NCBI GenBank assembly: GCA_038889075.1
Contig: JAWAHS010000013.1
Location: 21,261 to 39,530 of the forward strand
Origin: Ignisphaera sp.
GTDB lineage: Archaea > Thermoproteota > Thermoprotei_A > Sulfolobales > Ignisphaeraceae
Length of the DNA stretch: 18,270 nucleotides
Direction of reading: 5' to 3'
Notes under the pieces: model-generated
Told to the model about the DNA's origin: nothing
Seen by the model: only the letters and a program-made list of their open reading frames with translations
Databases searched by the model: none
Shown: positions 17,648 through 18,270 of the stretch, piece after piece
Position numbering within the stretch: the stretch's first letter is position 1
Layout of the letters: every line of letters starts with the position of its first letter
Position numbers and translations under genes: made by a program

Positions 17648-18270
17648 ATGGGGTACTCGGAGAGGGAAACCTGGAGTAGTAACCTAGGTGCTATTCTATC
17701 TCTTATAGGGGTTGCTGTTGGATTGGGGAATGTGTGGAGATTTCCCTACATGCTGGGCAAATTTGGTGGTGCGGGCTTCCTAGTGGTATACATGCTCCTG
17801 GTCGTAGCGATAGGTGTACCTGGGTTAATAATAGAGTTGACTATTGCTAGATACGCGAGAAGAGGACCTTTCAGTGCATTTGAGAAAATAGGCTGCCCAG
17901 GGGGAAAGGCTATGGGCTACCTACTACTGGTAACAGCTGTTGCCGCAGTTGCATACTATATTGTTGTTATAGGATGGGTTCTATGGTATCTGATACTATC
18001 AGTCTCAGGTATGATGTTCAGGGAGGGAGTGGATATAGGGCTGCTATTCTCAGAGCTAACAGGTTCACTACACATACAGCTAGCTATGCATGTAACCATC
18101 GTTGTGCTCTGTATGCTGATAATCATCAGCGGTATTAGAAAGGGCATAGAGCTAGCTAGCAAGATAATGATGCCTATAGTGTATGTAATACTAATCGGTA
18201 TAGCGATATACGTTCTTAGGCTACCAAAGGCATTGGATGGACTAGCATTCTATCTGAAACCTGTATGGGA
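17648..18270 (+). CDS. Sodium-dependent transporter, NSS/SNF (LeuT-like) family; runs off the window
   Basis: Not in the ORF track. ATG 17648 follows GGTGGTG and reads MGYSERETWSSNLGAILSLIGVAVGLGNVWRFPYMLGKFGGAGFLVVY...AYYIVVIGW...GIRKGIELASKIMMP...GLAFYLKPVW. This includes the NSS signature W...GxAVGLGNxWRFPY. Confidence 0.95.
   Translation, partial: MGYSERETWSSNLGAILSLIGVAVGLGNVWRFPYMLGKFGGAGFLVVYMLLVVAIGVPGLIIELTIARYARRGPFSAFEKIGCPGGKAMGYLLLVTAVAAVAYYIVVIGWVLWYLILSVSGMMFREGVDIGLLFSELTGSLHIQLAMHVTIVVLCMLIIISGIRKGIELASKIMMPIVYVILIGIAIYVLRLPKALDGLAFYLKPVW

Noticed and set aside
1-18270. CRISPR array, cas genes, rRNA or intact transposase
   Set aside because: No regularly spaced repeats or corresponding motifs were seen.

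Overview
AT-rich archaeal window. TATA-type promoters, GGTG/GAGGTG ribosome-binding sites, very frequent CTAG and the gene content suggest a hyperthermophilic Thermoproteota member, perhaps Desulfurococcales/Ignisphaera-like; this assignment is inference. Intact genes are: a compact alpha-glucan phosphorylase (running off the left edge), three soluble hypothetical proteins, a Wzx/MOP-type flippase, a small membrane protein, a 997-aa GH106-like glycoside hydrolase divergent from a processive-type GT2 (QxxRW), a coiled-coil PD-(D/E)xK protein, and an operon of a 4x[4Fe-4S] protein, an AOR-family oxidoreductase and an NSS transporter (running off the right edge). Decayed DNA lies between them: a frameshifted PD-(D/E)xK paralogue, a frameshifted MoxR ATPase, and an unannotated class-V aminotransferase remnant that meets the MoxR remnant head-on. 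The most unusual signal is a ~280-bp non-coding element (4855-5134) with terminal inverted repeats, an internal TATA box and a G.U-rich RNA-like fold. A second ~284-bp element (14508-14791) appears to share its layout and resembles a TnpB 3'-end/omegaRNA remnant. All family calls rest on motif recognition by eye; no database searches were run.
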